The notes under the pieces: generated by a model
The model's database searches: none
Told to the model about the DNA's origin: nothing
Seen by the model: the letters and a program-made list of their open reading frames with translations, nothing else
Position numbers and translations under genes: made by a program
In this document: piece by piece, positions 40,460-51,804 of the stretch
How positions within the stretch are numbered: the first letter of the stretch is position 1
Layout of the letters: each line of letters begins with the position of its first letter
Assembly (NCBI GenBank): GCA_008690995.1
Contig: VRMN01000003.1
Span: forward strand, 620,001-684,000
Source: Porphyridium purpureum
Taxonomy: Eukaryota
DNA: 64,000 nt
Direction of reading: 5' to 3'

Positions 40460-43400
40460 TCAGACGTCGACGTCCGTGTCGTAGGAGAGGATCGGCCGCA
40501 GCCATTTCTCTGCCACATTCATACTCATGCCTTTTCGTTCTGCATACGATGCAGCTTGGTCGTGATTGATTTTACCGACCGCAAAGTACTGAGCTTGGGA
40601 GTGAGCAAAAATGAGACCTGACACAGATGCAGCAGGCATCATGGCGTAGCTCTCACTCAGCTCAATTCCCAGCTCGTTCGCTTGCATCAGATCCCACATT
40701 ACCTGCTTTTCCGTATGGTCAGGTTGAGACGGATATCCCGGTGCCGGTCGGATACCATCGTATTTGATCTTCAAAAGGTCGTCGATTTCAAGCGTTTCCT
40801 CTGGCGCATACCCCCAGTACGTCTTTCGACACTCTAGGTGGATCACCTCGGCAAAGGCTTCCGCGAGTCGATCTGCAATAGCTTCGACCATGATAATCTT
40901 GAAGTCGTCGAGCTCCTCCTTATACTTGCGAATCAAGTTTTCTGTTCCTAAGCCGGCTGTTACAGCAAACATGCCAACATAATCTGCGATGCCGGAGTCC
41001 TTCGGGGCGATGAAATCAGCAAGCGCAAGGTATCGAGCGTTTTCATCCTCTTTCTCAACCTGTTGACGAATTGTGTGCAACACAGTGGTACGCGTACCGT
41101 CTGAACGGGCCTCATCGTTGGCGTACACTTCAATGTCGTCTCCTACTGAATTTGCAGGATACAAGGCAAGCACGCCATTGCAAGTGATTGAGTCGTCGGC
41201 GATGAATTCCTTCAACATGATCTGAGCATCATCAAAGAGCTTTCGGGCCTCCTCACCGACATTGGCATCATTGAAAATTTTCGGGTAACCTCGATTAGGA
41301 TACTTGCCTCGAAGCTGCCACGTCTGGAAGAAAGGATTCCAGTCGATAAAAGGAATCAGATTTTCAATCGGGTAATCTTCCAGTTTCGTGATGCCAAGCA
41401 CGCGCGGTTTCGGCGCCGGTGGGCACTTCACGAAGTCGATGCGCAAGGCCTTCTTTCTCGCCTCGTCAATCGACAAGCTTTTGCGCTCCTCCAGGCCAGC
41501 ATAATGCTCCTCGCGCAAATCCTCGTATTCTTCTGCCACGTCTGCCTTATAATCATCGCGTGCCGACTTGTCCAAAAGGCTTGACACCACGGCAACTGCC
41601 CTTGAGGCGTCTAGCACATGAATCGAAGCGCCACTGTAACGCGGTGCAATCTTGACAGCCGTGTGCATTTTTGATGTTGTCGCTCCTCCGATCAAAAGCG
41701 GAATCTTGAAATCCTTCTTCTGCATCTTTGCAGCCACGTCAACCATTTCATCAAGAGATGGTGTGATCAAACCGGAAAGTCCGAGCACATCGGCCCGGTG
41801 CTCGATGCAGGCATCCAAAATTTTTTCCGCAGGGCACATCACGCCCAGATCAATAACATTGTAATTATTGCATCCCAATACTACAGCAACAATATTCTTG
41901 CCAATGTCATGCACATCTCCTTTCACAGTCGCAATCACCATTGTCCCGTTGTACATGCTTTCTGCAGACGAAGCTTCGCCACGAGCAAGGGCTTCTTTCA
42001 TTCGCTGCTCCTTCTCGGCCTCCATGTATGGAATTAACACGCTGACCGCCTTCTTCATGACTCTTGCACTCTTAATGACCTGCGGTAGGAACATCTTTCC
42101 GGCTCCAAAAAGATCCCCAACGGTATTCATTCCGTCCATCAGCGGACCTTCTATGACACTTAGCGGCTTCGGGTACAACAGACGCGCCTCCTCGGCGTCA
42201 TCCATGACATACTGGTCAATACCTTTGACAAGTGCGTGGTGAAGACGCTCCTGAACCGTTCCCGTCCGCCATCTGTTCTTCTCTTCGTCACTTTGCTTTC
42301 GATCACCTTCCTTTCCCATCGTAAGCGAGTGGGCCAGCAGTTTCTCTGTCGCCTCATTATTGCGATAAAGCAGGACATCCTCTATAAGCTCGCGCAAGTA
42401 TGGATCTACATCGGTGTACACAGGAATCAATCCCGCATTCACAATACCCATATCCATCTTGTTCTTGATGCCATGGTACAAAAACGCCGAGTGCATTGCC
42501 TCACGAAGCACGTTATTACCGCGAAATGAGAAAGAGACATTGCTCACTCCTCCTGAAATATGGCAGTGAGGTAAAGTCTCTCGGATAATCTTGCAGGCTT
42601 CTATGAAGTTCAAAGCGTATCGATTGTGCTCCTCAATCCCTGTGGCGACGGTTAGAATATTGGGATCGAAAATGATGTCAGTGGCGGGGAAGCCAACTCG
42701 ATCGACAAGAATTCGGTAAGCGCGCGTACAAATCCTCACCTTATCTTCAGTGGTGGCAGCTTGTCCTTCCTCATCAAAGGCCATCACAACAACCGCAGCG
42801 CCATACCGCTTAATAGTTGTGGCAACCTCGATAAATTTCTCCTCACCTTCTTTCAAGCTGATGGAATTGACAACACACTTTCCCTGTGTTGTCTGCAAAC
42901 CGTCCTCCACGACAGAGAGCTTTGAGGAATCGATCACAAAGGGAACTCGCGCTGCGTCCGGTTCTGTAGCCAACAGATTGCAGAATCGCCGCATGATCAC
43001 ATTTGCATCCAAAAGGCCCTCGTCAAAATTCAAGTCAATGAGCTGTGCGCCATTCTCCACCTGCTTAATTGCAATTTCAAGCATCTTGTCGTAATTGCCA
43101 GCAACGACGTGCTTCTTGAATGCTGCAGAGCCAGCAACGTTGCACCGCTCACCAATGTTCACAAAATTGACAAACTTTGGATCCAGAATAAACGGCTCAA
43201 GTCCACTCAGTCGAAGTAAAGGCTCCAGATGAGGCGGCTTGTGCACGGGCTTCTCGTGAAGGACGTCATGAATCGCCTTGATGTGGGCAGGAGTTGTCCC
43301 ACAACAGCCTCCCACAATGTTCACCAAGCGCTCGGTCCCAAAAGGCTCCAAAGCGTTCGCCGTATCTTCCGGCGTCTCGTCATATCCACCCATCGCATTG

Positions 43401-44269
43401 GGCAAGCCTGCATTCGGGTAGCAAATAATAAACGCATCCGAACACTTGCCCAGTCGCTCGATATACTGCTGCATATCCTTAGCTCCCAATGCGCAATTAA
43501 GGCCAACTGCAAATGGTTTGGCGTGTGAAATCGAGATCCAAAACGCCTCAGTTGTCTGGCCCGAAAGAGTACGACCGCTGTTATCAACAATTGTGCCTGA
43601 GACAAAAATAGGCTTCCTTTCGTATTCAACATTCTCGGCATAAAATTTGTCGATCGCGAACAGCGCCGCCTTTGCGTTCAGCGTGTCGAAGACGGTCTCA
43701 ACTAACAGCACATCAACCTTCCCGTCCAAGAGCCCACGTACCTGCTTCTCGTACGCGTCGACCACCTCATTGAAAGTGATGTTTCGAAAGGCGGGGTTCT
43801 CCACCGAGGGGGAAACCGACAGCGTGCGATTCGTTGGGCCGATCGATCCACAAACGTAACGAGGTTTCTCGGGGCTCAGCGCAGTATATTTGTCGGCGGC
43901 CCTTCGGGCACATTCAGCGCCACACTTGTTGATGAGATACACATCTTCTGGATCCTTTTCCAGTGCGTAGTCTGCCTGGGCAATCCAAGTCCCTGAAAAT
44001 GTGTTCGTTTCCAAGAAGTCTGCTCCAGCTTCAAGGTAGCTTTCGTGGATCGCCTGAATAATATCCGGACGCGTGACAGACAAGATGTCGTTATTTCCTT
44101 TGAGATCATGTGTGTGATTCTTGTACCGATCACCTCGGAAGTCCTCCTCCGTCAATTTATAACCCTGAATCATCGTTCCCATTCCACCGTCGATGAACAT
44201 GATCTTTTCCTGCATCCGCTTCCGCAGATCTTTGAAGATCTGGGGCTCCCCGGACTGTGGAAGCGACAT
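40460..44269 (-). CDS. METH: Cobalamin-dependent methionine synthase
   Basis: [38 protein letters not shown]12 motif, [20 protein letters not shown] activation domain; 1269 aa. Confidence 0.98.
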   Translation of the reverse strand: MSLPQSGEPQIFKDLRKRMQEKIMFIDGGMGTMIQGYKLTEEDFRGDRYKNHTHDLKGNNDILSVTRPDIIQAIHESYLEAGADFLETNTFSGTWIAQADYALEKDPEDVYLINKCGAECARRAADKYTALSPEKPRYVCGSIGPTNRTLSVSPSVENPAFRNITFNEVVDAYEKQVRGLLDGKVDVLLVETVFDTLNAKAALFAIDKFYAENVEYERKPIFVSGTIVDNSGRTLSGQTTEAFWISISHAKPFAVGLNCALGAKDMQQYIERLGKCSDAFIICYPNAGLPNAMGGYDETPEDTANALEPFGTERLVNIVGGCCGTTPAHIKAIHDVLHEKPVHKPPHLEPLLRLSGLEPFILDPKFVNFVNIGERCNVAGSAAFKKHVVAGNYDKMLEIAIKQVENGAQLIDLNFDEGLLDANVIMRRFCNLLATEPDAARVPFVIDSSKLSVVEDGLQTTQGKCVVNSISLKEGEEKFIEVATTIKRYGAAVVVMAFDEEGQAATTEDKVRICTRAYRILVDRVGFPATDIIFDPNILTVATGIEEHNRYALNFIEACKIIRETLPHCHISGGVSNVSFSFRGNNVLREAMHSAFLYHGIKNKMDMGIVNAGLIPVYTDVDPYLRELIEDVLLYRNNEATEKLLAHSLTMGKEGDRKQSDEEKNRWRTGTVQERLHHALVKGIDQYVMDDAEEARLLYPKPLSVIEGPLMDGMNTVGDLFGAGKMFLPQVIKSARVMKKAVSVLIPYMEAEKEQRMKEALARGEASSAESMYNGTMVIATVKGDVHDIGKNIVAVVLGCNNYNVIDLGVMCPAEKILDACIEHRADVLGLSGLITPSLDEMVDVAAKMQKKDFKIPLLIGGATTSKMHTAVKIAPRYSGASIHVLDASRAVAVVSSLLDKSARDDYKADVAEEYEDLREEHYAGLEERKSLSIDEARKKALRIDFVKCPPAPKPRVLGITKLEDYPIENLIPFIDWNPFFQTWQLRGKYPNRGYPKIFNDANVGEEARKLFDDAQIMLKEFIADDSITCNGVLALYPANSVGDDIEVYANDEARSDGTRTTVLHTIRQQVEKEDENARYLALADFIAPKDSGIADYVGMFAVTAGLGTENLIRKYKEELDDFKIIMVEAIADRLAEAFAEVIHLECRKTYWGYAPEETLEIDDLLKIKYDGIRPAPGYPSQPDHTEKQVMWDLMQANELGIELSESYAMMPAASVSGLIFAHSQAQYFAVGKINHDQAASYAERKGMSMNVAEKWLRPILSYDTDVDV

Positions 44270-45128
44270 GGCAAAAGCGTACGGGCTCCCCGCCTCCCTT
44301 CAATTCCTCCCCAACGAGTCTCTCACGAGCCTCGTCTACGTAGTTCTCGGAACCGACGAACCAAACTGACGATGGATTCCTCGGAGCACGCGTGGCAAGC
44401 GTACGACTATATGTGAGTCGCACGGCTCCTGGGACGGAGGAAGGTAAGCCTATGCAGCCCCTTTCCACTGCAAGAGTTTCCAATGGCTGGAGGGACCAGC
44501 ACCTCGCGCGACGCCCGTCTCGTAATCTCTGCCGCTGGGATGAGCACCGCTGAGACAGCGTGCTCGTGCGCCCCGCGTGTGTTACGCAAGCCGCGGCCTC
44601 ACACGTCCTGGGCGCGGGCGCGGGCGGCGCAACGTCGCGATGAAACACGGACAATCCGGAAAACACGACTCTGAAACTGAAAACGCTCGGCTCTGCAGTT
44701 CGCGCCCGCTGGAATCGACCTTCTCGCACCTGCGCTACGTTGTCCACGGACATGCACCCCGATCGCGGGACCTTAACACGGCCGCCCGTCCGCCCCAGAA
44801 TCACTGTGGAACCAGGTACTCTTAGAGGTACACCTGCAAGTGAAAATGTACAGCAGTTTCGACTCGAGCCGCGCGGACTGTGCGAACTTCGTGCTTGCCA
44901 GTTGAATGGCGTGCGAGTGGGCCGGGGAGGAACGCCCGGTCGTCCCTGCACGCAAGACAGGGAGTGGTTATGATTGGTTTCATACCCCACAGGATCTGGT
45001 GAGGCTGGCAGTGCATCGCCAGGCAAGCGACTGCGCAGGAGCGCGAGAACTGCACGTTGGGGAACCTGAGCAGCGGCCCCGCATCGGGTCAGTCATCTGG
45101 CGAACGTGCCTCGGCTCCATGCGGTGAC

Positions 45129-46586
45129 ATGGTGGGCTCGCATGATTTCTGCACGGACTGTCGCTCCAGTGACGTGCAGCTCAACGTCGTTGCTCGCGTA
45201 GTACAGTGTCGCGCGTGCCATTTCATACTCGAAGAACGACTGCCGTTGCCATGTGAAGTGCACGCCCTCACCCATATTGAGGAGTTGCATTGTGCCATCA
45301 CGCCAGACTTTGTCGCCCAGCACCTTGTTCACGCTGAAATTCGCGACGATCCTTACTTTACGCGAGGCTTTATCACAGCTTTCCGAAACCTCATTCCTGT
45401 TCGAGAGCCCCTGGTATGCGCCGCGGCCCGCTCGATTTCCGGGGATCTTGCAGAAATGGAGCGCATCTTAGGAGACGCCGTGTACGCTTGTTATGTGGGT
45501 TATAATGGCCGTGCTCTCCGCCCGATGGCGCCGCAGCAGCGCTCCGCAAAGGTGGGAAAGAGTGATGGAGGAAATATTGGCGGTCCCGGCGCATCTTCTT
45601 CTGCGTTGGCTAGTGAAACGCGTTATCGGATCGTTAATTACTTTTTGATTCTGGAGGTATGTGTTCTGATTGGCATTCCGCGCCGGATCGTAGAGCTGGC
45701 AAATTTCATTTTTCGCCGGGTTGTGGCACGCATTTCACTGCGGAATCGGTCTGTTGAAACCCTTGCCATTGCATCTCTTGTATGTGCAGTTGAGCGCCAG
45801 CGCCACCGAAAAGACGTTTTGGTTTCCACAGTGTCAGAGGAGCATGCAGATGTCATTCTTCCGCACTACACTGATATCGCTCGTCTTTCCGGTGAAGACC
45901 CCAAAGCTGTACTGAAGTATTTGCGCTTTGTGAATGATACTCTGACGGTGTCGAAACCGCGTCAGGTTATTGCGAGTCCGGTCGTTGTGCAAACTCTTTG
46001 TTCGCAGCTTGAATTGGAAGATCCGGTCAGAGACTTGTGCAATGAAATTCTTATTCGCGTCGCCCAGCTTGAGTACGGATCGCGTCGAAATCGCACAAGC
46101 CTTATTGCCGGCGCCCTTTTAATGGCCATTTCGATTGAATCGACAACCAGGAAAACTCAGGCCGAGGTGGCGCGCGCGACGAAGACCTCTGAAGTGACGT
46201 TGCGGAAAGTTGTCAAGGAACTTGTGGAGCGTCTCAGAGAAATCATCCCTCCCCAACAGGTCGCAAAAGCAGAAAGAAAATTCCGAGTCAGGGCGAGTCC
46301 AGAAACTGGAGCAACGAACGATGAAGATGGGCGTGCTCAGGCGTCGATCAGCACAGACACAGATTCTCTTGTAGAACACTTGAGAGTATTTTCGTCCGTT
46401 GCAGCAGCCTCGATTTTCGCTACTGGCCCGGACGTGCGGGCGGCGCGGAACGCAAATCCGGGAGGGCGGTCACCAAGGCAACCCAAAGGCCTTTGGTCGA
46501 TACCCTGTGCGCCTCGTCCGCCTTCTTTGGAAAACAAGTCTTACGATTCACACCAGGACTTGCCTTGGGAAAGCTGGACCAACTGA
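45129..46586 (+). CDS. pBRP: Plant/algal TFIIB-related protein pBRP
   Basis: Zn ribbon CTDC..CRAC; DDPYFTRGFITAF, SISGDLAEMERIL, LRNRSVETLA, RKTQAEV..SEVTLRKV match motifs I recall for pBRP rather than TFIIB or BRF1. First ATG at 45129. Confidence 0.82.
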   Translation: MVGSHDFCTDCRSSDVQLNVVARVVQCRACHFILEERLPLPCEVHALTHIEELHCAITPDFVAQHLVHAEIRDDPYFTRGFITAFRNLIPVREPLVCAAARSISGDLAEMERILGDAVYACYVGYNGRALRPMAPQQRSAKVGKSDGGNIGGPGASSSALASETRYRIVNYFLILEVCVLIGIPRRIVELANFIFRRVVARISLRNRSVETLAIASLVCAVERQRHRKDVLVSTVSEEHADVILPHYTDIARLSGEDPKAVLKYLRFVNDTLTVSKPRQVIASPVVVQTLCSQLELEDPVRDLCNEILIRVAQLEYGSRRNRTSLIAGALLMAISIESTTRKTQAEVARATKTSEVTLRKVVKELVERLREIIPPQQVAKAERKFRVRASPETGATNDEDGRAQASISTDTDSLVEHLRVFSSVAAASIFATGPDVRAARNANPGGRSPRQPKGLWSIPCAPRPPSLENKSYDSHQDLPWESWTN

Positions 46587-47147
46587 GAAGGACATGCAGA
46601 TCTGGCGTTGCATCGGAAATCGTGCCAGTGTCTCCTCGTACTAGACGTGACGACGGGGTGGACGTAGGAGAGCAAGTCGTTGCAAACTGTTAGTTGTGAA
46701 ATGTAAGTGTCCTGTCGCTGGTGGCGTTGACCCAGCGTTCACGCGCGTGGTGGGTCATAGATTCTCCTGAATTTCTGTTCGCGCAGCAGTTCCGCGACGT
46801 GAGCCGCCTGGTTTCCTCGGTGCGCACCGTGCTTACATTCTGTGTACAGTGAAAATAAAGCTGCGGAGAACATGTCTTGTACCAGCTTGACAGCGAGAAC
46901 ATACTGCTGGCGGTGGCGTGCGTCATTTTCTTCCCGAGCTGGAGCATTGCACGGGCGTCTACCTTCTTGTGACTGTCTATTTGTTTGCCGGCTCACCCGT
47001 CGTTTCCCGTGGAACAGTGTGCCTGCCCTGGGTGCTCTGCAAGAACGGTGTTCCGCACTTGTCCAACTGTGTATAGAAAGCTGGCGACCGGAAACTAAGT
47101 GGACGCGCGAGACGCTCTCTTCTCTGCGACACGCTCCTCTCTTTGGA

Positions 47148-47693
47148 ATGGAAGGCGCAGACGACCGCTGCTGTGGCCTGGGACGATGGAACCTGGCGCC
47201 TCTGAGCAAATGGGGGAACGTTTGCCTCGGCCTATACTTTGCGGTCGTGGGAGTGTTCTCTATTATAAGCATCTTCACCCTTCTGTCGGGCGCGCTGGCG
47301 AGCCCGATTGGATTCGTACTTTTCCTCTGGATCGCTGTATTCGGAGTCTTCTTGGTTTTCGGCGAGCTTGACTTTCCAGAGGCATTCATTCGATACTTCT
47401 TTTTCCTCCGCGGCGCTTACCTCCGAGCAGGCTTCATCTTGTTTGTTTGCACGCTTGCGCTTACTGCTGGATTTACGGGCTCAATCAGCAGCGTGACGAA
47501 TGTCCTGCTGTTGATTGGCGGGTTTGCTGCTCTCTTCTTCGGAATTCTGTGCTTCTGCTACGGGGCTGACCACAACGAAGAATCTGACGGCGGGTTCGAA
47601 TCTTCCGGCAATGTTGGATCTAAGGTGTCTGGGGCCTCTGGGGCCTCTGGCAAGCAGTCCGCTTCCGTACGAAATCCTGTCATGGCAATCTGA
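47148..47693 (+). CDS. COPI-associated/TVP15-like small membrane protein
   Basis: Four hydrophobic helices; FGVFLVFGEL...RYFFFLRGAYLRAGFILFV pattern; ATG at 47148. Confidence 0.7.
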   Translation: MEGADDRCCGLGRWNLAPLSKWGNVCLGLYFAVVGVFSIISIFTLLSGALASPIGFVLFLWIAVFGVFLVFGELDFPEAFIRYFFFLRGAYLRAGFILFVCTLALTAGFTGSISSVTNVLLLIGGFAALFFGILCFCYGADHNEESDGGFESSGNVGSKVSGASGASGKQSASVRNPVMAI

Positions 47694-47999
47694 TGAGTAG
47701 AGAAGGTTTAACCCTTGTAAGATCGTACAATAAACCCGGGGAAATACCCGCAGTTTGTTGAATCAGGATCCGTCCACGTCACGGGGGCTCACAGGGAATT
47801 TGGCGGGCGCGGAGAAACAAAATCATTAACAGGTTTTGAGAGATCCGCCGCATAAAGCCTCTAGTTCAACAGACCAACATCGTAAAGCATTTTACTCGAC
47901 CAGGTCGTCCCTAGGCGCCAAAGACCTCACGCAAGACTTCACACAAGATGACCGCCCATCAAGCTACTCATGCGGAAAAGGATGCCGTTGCAATCCAAG

Positions 48000-50102
48000 T
48001 TACAAACAGCTTCCGTTAGTGCGACCAAAATCTGAGCCAAAGTACCAGACACGCGAGAAGGTCATTAGCATGATAATGGAATCACACAAACTCACAGTAA
48101 TTATGAGAACCGCAAATCCAAGCTTGAACGGGTGCAAGCCATAGTCCCACATGTTCGCGAGCAGCGAACCAAACACATCAGGATAAAATCTCTTGACATA
48201 CCACACATACACCGCGAAGAAAATGAACATCAGAACAGCCACAATACCGGAAAAGCCCAGTGACCATGCGTAATCAGTCCATGTGAAAGAGCGATTGTCG
48301 AAAAAGTTCAAAGCAACATTCGAACTGTCGTTGAACGGGAATGCATCCGTATTCAACCCAACCAGGAAAATCCAACTGATGAAAATATAGGCGGCATACG
48401 CAGAGAGCGAACCCCAAAACACGAAAAAGTCAAAGAAGCTTTTCGCCCGCCGGTAGTCTGGATGGGCATTTGTGGTGCCTCGTCCGTTGAAGTCCATGTC
48501 CACCTCCACGGGGAATGCAGAGTAGTCAATCACTGGCGCACACATCAGTAATGGCTTCAGAATTTTCTTGATCCAGTTCCTAAATCGAAACCACAAGTTG
48601 CTCTGGTGGAAGAAAGCCACGAACATATGCGACAGCGGTCCGGAGAAGAGTGCAAGGTACGTTCCCCAGGCCTCGCTGTAATTATCGTCGTCGTTGTCGA
48701 TATTTGGAGTTGAAAATGCAATAAACGCGGCTGACATACTGTAAACTGAAAGTCCAGAAAGCGCAAAGTTCATGTCCACGCTGAATCGCATAGCCTGATG
48801 CTGAATCACTTTCCGGAACGCAACGCTGAACATGCTGAAGATGAATGCAATCAAGGTCTTAATGTTGTCGTCTGCTGCTTTGGACGCAATCATGTATGCA
48901 GCGAAAACCATGAACATCAACATGCGCGTGAAGCTTATTTTCAACCACTGATTGTAATCCGCGTTTTCATCGTCCGTGAGCTGATACTTGCGGCCTTCTC
49001 CACGAGGATTCAACAAAGCGAGAGTCTTACGCAATGTCAGCCCCGCATCCTTGTACTCCCGAACCTCATCTCTGTCATGCATGGAATGATAGAATGGTCG
49101 CTTCAAGTACTTGTACCAAGACAGCACAATGCAGTAAGATATCGAGCGAGATACCAGAGCTTGGCAGGTAAATGTTCCGACCGTAGCGGAGATGGCGGCC
49201 CATATGCCACACTGCACACAGTAGACCGTCAGCAGCATCGGGAAGTAGAAAAAGAAATTGCGCCATGGAAGCGTTCGATCCAACGCTGCGAACATGAGTG
49301 TTACATCCGCAAATGCCCATACTACCTCATTAATGGGATTCGTCACGAAGACCCAGACAGCAAACTCTCGGAATCCGCACTCAAGAAAATCACCAAGCGG
49401 AATGACACCGAAGAAAATGAGACAATAAATGGACGGGAGAGCAATAGAGATAACCGATAGGAAAAAAATGAAGCCAAACACTGAGGAGCGCTGAAGGAAC
49501 CAGCGAACAACGTGTCCGAGCCCAAGGACATGAGGGATCGTCTGCAAATTGACATGCCGTTTGAGGGCATCAGGAAGGTCGATATGCTCTCGATCGAAAA
49601 GAGGATGGTAGCTGCGTTCTAGACCTACTGGGGGAAGCTTCCAATGAAACTTGTCGGCCAAAGTGGGCAAGAAAGCCTCCGGCAACTCCAGCGTGTCTTG
49701 ATCTGCACCGAGAATCATCCAACTCCACCACCACAACCCGCAGCCATAATATTCAAATGGGTCCTCCTTGCCGTTCTCCTTGTATTTTCTCCACTTCTCC
49801 GGATACTTCACCTTCGAGCCACGTTGAGGTGTTTTCCAAAAGGGCAATCGTTCGAATTCGTCAACCTCAACACCGACCAAGTCTTCTATGATTTGCGCGT
49901 CGACGCCCATCCGCTGGAAGTAATTTTGAAACTGGGCTTCAGTTGTTGGATCAGATGCAAGCAAAGAAGGATGCTTGGAAGTGACTTTTGGCTTCGCCTC
50001 CTCCTTGCCATTGCTCGACGAGTCTTCGGCTGCGGAGACCGCGTGGTCCATGTTGCCCGAGGTCGACGGCGCCGTCGTCTCGAGGCCACCGGCGTCCTCC
50101 AT
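48000..50102 (-). CDS. Polytopic membrane protein of unknown function
   Basis: 700-aa ATG ORF; soluble N-terminal ~200 aa, then roughly 10 or more hydrophobic segments. Confidence 0.8.
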   Translation of the reverse strand: MEDAGGLETTAPSTSGNMDHAVSAAEDSSSNGKEEAKPKVTSKHPSLLASDPTTEAQFQNYFQRMGVDAQIIEDLVGVEVDEFERLPFWKTPQRGSKVKYPEKWRKYKENGKEDPFEYYGCGLWWWSWMILGADQDTLELPEAFLPTLADKFHWKLPPVGLERSYHPLFDREHIDLPDALKRHVNLQTIPHVLGLGHVVRWFLQRSSVFGFIFFLSVISIALPSIYCLIFFGVIPLGDFLECGFREFAVWVFVTNPINEVVWAFADVTLMFAALDRTLPWRNFFFYFPMLLTVYCVQCGIWAAISATVGTFTCQALVSRSISYCIVLSWYKYLKRPFYHSMHDRDEVREYKDAGLTLRKTLALLNPRGEGRKYQLTDDENADYNQWLKISFTRMLMFMVFAAYMIASKAADDNIKTLIAFIFSMFSVAFRKVIQHQAMRFSVDMNFALSGLSVYSMSAAFIAFSTPNIDNDDDNYSEAWGTYLALFSGPLSHMFVAFFHQSNLWFRFRNWIKKILKPLLMCAPVIDYSAFPVEVDMDFNGRGTTNAHPDYRRAKSFFDFFVFWGSLSAYAAYIFISWIFLVGLNTDAFPFNDSSNVALNFFDNRSFTWTDYAWSLGFSGIVAVLMFIFFAVYVWYVKRFYPDVFGSLLANMWDYGLHPFKLGFAVLIITVSLCDSIIMLMTFSRVWYFGSDFGRTNGSCL

Positions 50103-50210
50103 AGCACGCGTCGTGAAGGCAATTCAAGACGATCTCCTCTTTGCGCCCAATTTGAAATCAAGGTCCACGTGAGATGCTTGAAGTCACAATAACCCACCCC
50201 GCCCAGGATA

Positions 50211-50247
50211 CACGCACGCACGCACGCACACACGCACGCACGCACGC
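50211..50247. repeat. (CACG)n tetranucleotide repeat
   Basis: cacgcacgcacgcacgcacacacgcacgcacgcacgc, in the divergent intergenic region. Confidence 0.9.
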
Positions 50248-50519
50248 GGCTCCACAACTTTCGTTGCACGGGCGCTCGGCCGTTCGAAAGGAACTGCTCT
50301 GCCCCGCTCCTCTAATACACAATTTTTTGTACGCCATACACTTCTCCTTTGCGGGATACTTCCTGTAGTAATTCGCGCCAGCACGTCGCGAGTCTGCTCA
50401 CGGTGGCCAACGAACAGATGTTGAGCATGCATCTCCGGTGAGAGTTTCTCTCCTCCGTAAATTTATAAAAACACTTCAAAGGTGTAGAAATTTACTAGAA
50501 CCAAAATTCGAGCAAAGGT

Positions 50520-51569
50520 ATGGGCGATCTGCGAGCGACGAGCGTTGTGATGGATTGCGAGAGAAATACAATTTGTCCGCGGCGCAGCCGTGACCTAGCC
50601 GGGCGGTGGCCCAAGCGCGACCGCGAAGCGCACCCGACTTGTGCGAGTCAACGCACACAAAGGCCCAGGCTTGAACCGCGGAATTCTGTACTTCCAACTC
50701 GTGTTAATGGACCGGAGCATCCTGTGTCTCACCGGTCCTTGGACCAAGCCGGATCGAAAGCGGTCTGTGCTTTGTTCTTTCCTTCGCTTCAGTCTCAGGT
50801 CTCGGCCACCGAGCTTCGTGAGCTGCTCTCAAAGCACGGAGTCCCCCACATCAAGAGTCTGCGTTATATATTCTGTTTCAGGACACCAGCCGGTGTTTGG
50901 TCAGCTTGGGTCATTTCGAACGAAGTGAGGTATGCGCAGGATATCGTACATTTCGTACAGGAAGCCCATGTGCTTCGAGAGGATGGCATTTTGCATCGCC
51001 CTTCCATCGAGCCGTTGTCCTTGTTCTTAGAGAGCTCCACGTGTTCGGCCATTTATGGCTTTGAGAAGAAGCATTCAATGGTGCGCACCAAAGGTGGCCT
51101 TTGCAACACACTGATATTCAAAAACATTCCTCGCGGGATTTCTTTGGATGAATGGAGTGCGCATTTTCCGTCGGCATCTCGAATACGGAGTGGAACTGGT
51201 ATGATTTGGGTTTCGTATTTGGATGCCGAGGCCTGTGTGCAAGAGTTTTACGACATTCTGATCTCGAAGCGTGAAGTGCATTCACTTTCGGGTCAGCGCG
51301 TTTTCTTGGACGGCTTTTTGCACGATGACACAACTGACGGCGCGGGTTCAAGGAAAGAAGGCGTGGGCCCGACAAAAGCTGCTTCGAACACCCTGCGACA
51401 TTCTTTAGTAGCAAGTGCTTCACTGTCAGGTCTTTGCCTGTCTGATGGAGATAGTGTGCGCTATCATGAACCAGACGTGTGGGCGGATCTAAGACTCCGA
51501 GCTTCGCTGTCATGGGAGTCGTGCTCTCGACCAGGAGCCCTCAGAATTCTGCGTGAGAATCTCGCATAA
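50520..51569 (+). CDS. Hypothetical protein with two divergent RRM-like domains
   Basis: ALFFPSLQSQVSATELRELL and NTLIFKNIPRGISLDEWSAHF...GMIWVSYLDAEAC resemble RNP2/RNP1. Confidence 0.55.
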   Translation: MGDLRATSVVMDCERNTICPRRSRDLAGRWPKRDREAHPTCASQRTQRPRLEPRNSVLPTRVNGPEHPVSHRSLDQAGSKAVCALFFPSLQSQVSATELRELLSKHGVPHIKSLRYIFCFRTPAGVWSAWVISNEVRYAQDIVHFVQEAHVLREDGILHRPSIEPLSLFLESSTCSAIYGFEKKHSMVRTKGGLCNTLIFKNIPRGISLDEWSAHFPSASRIRSGTGMIWVSYLDAEACVQEFYDILISKREVHSLSGQRVFLDGFLHDDTTDGAGSRKEGVGPTKAASNTLRHSLVASASLSGLCLSDGDSVRYHEPDVWADLRLRASLSWESCSRPGALRILRENLA

Positions 51570-51804
51570 TGGTGCACATCACTGAGAACAGCAGACGAGG
51601 AGATACTGAAGTAGAGTATCCTGACCAAATTGGAGATTCTCACAGGTGACAAAGTTCCAGCCTGTTTATGTTGTTGTCGCATCTGAAGCTTGTCGTGCGC
51701 TACTGTTACTTCGGCTCGGGAGAATGTCGTCGTCCGCACGTTGAGCTTCAGAAACAGACACAGTCTCTCAAATTCGCATCTCTGTGACGATAGAAGGAAT
51801 TAAT

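Noticed and set aside
5510..44269. APR and METH as a sulfur-metabolism cluster
   Set aside because: They are 34 kb apart with unrelated genes between; no evidence of co-regulation.
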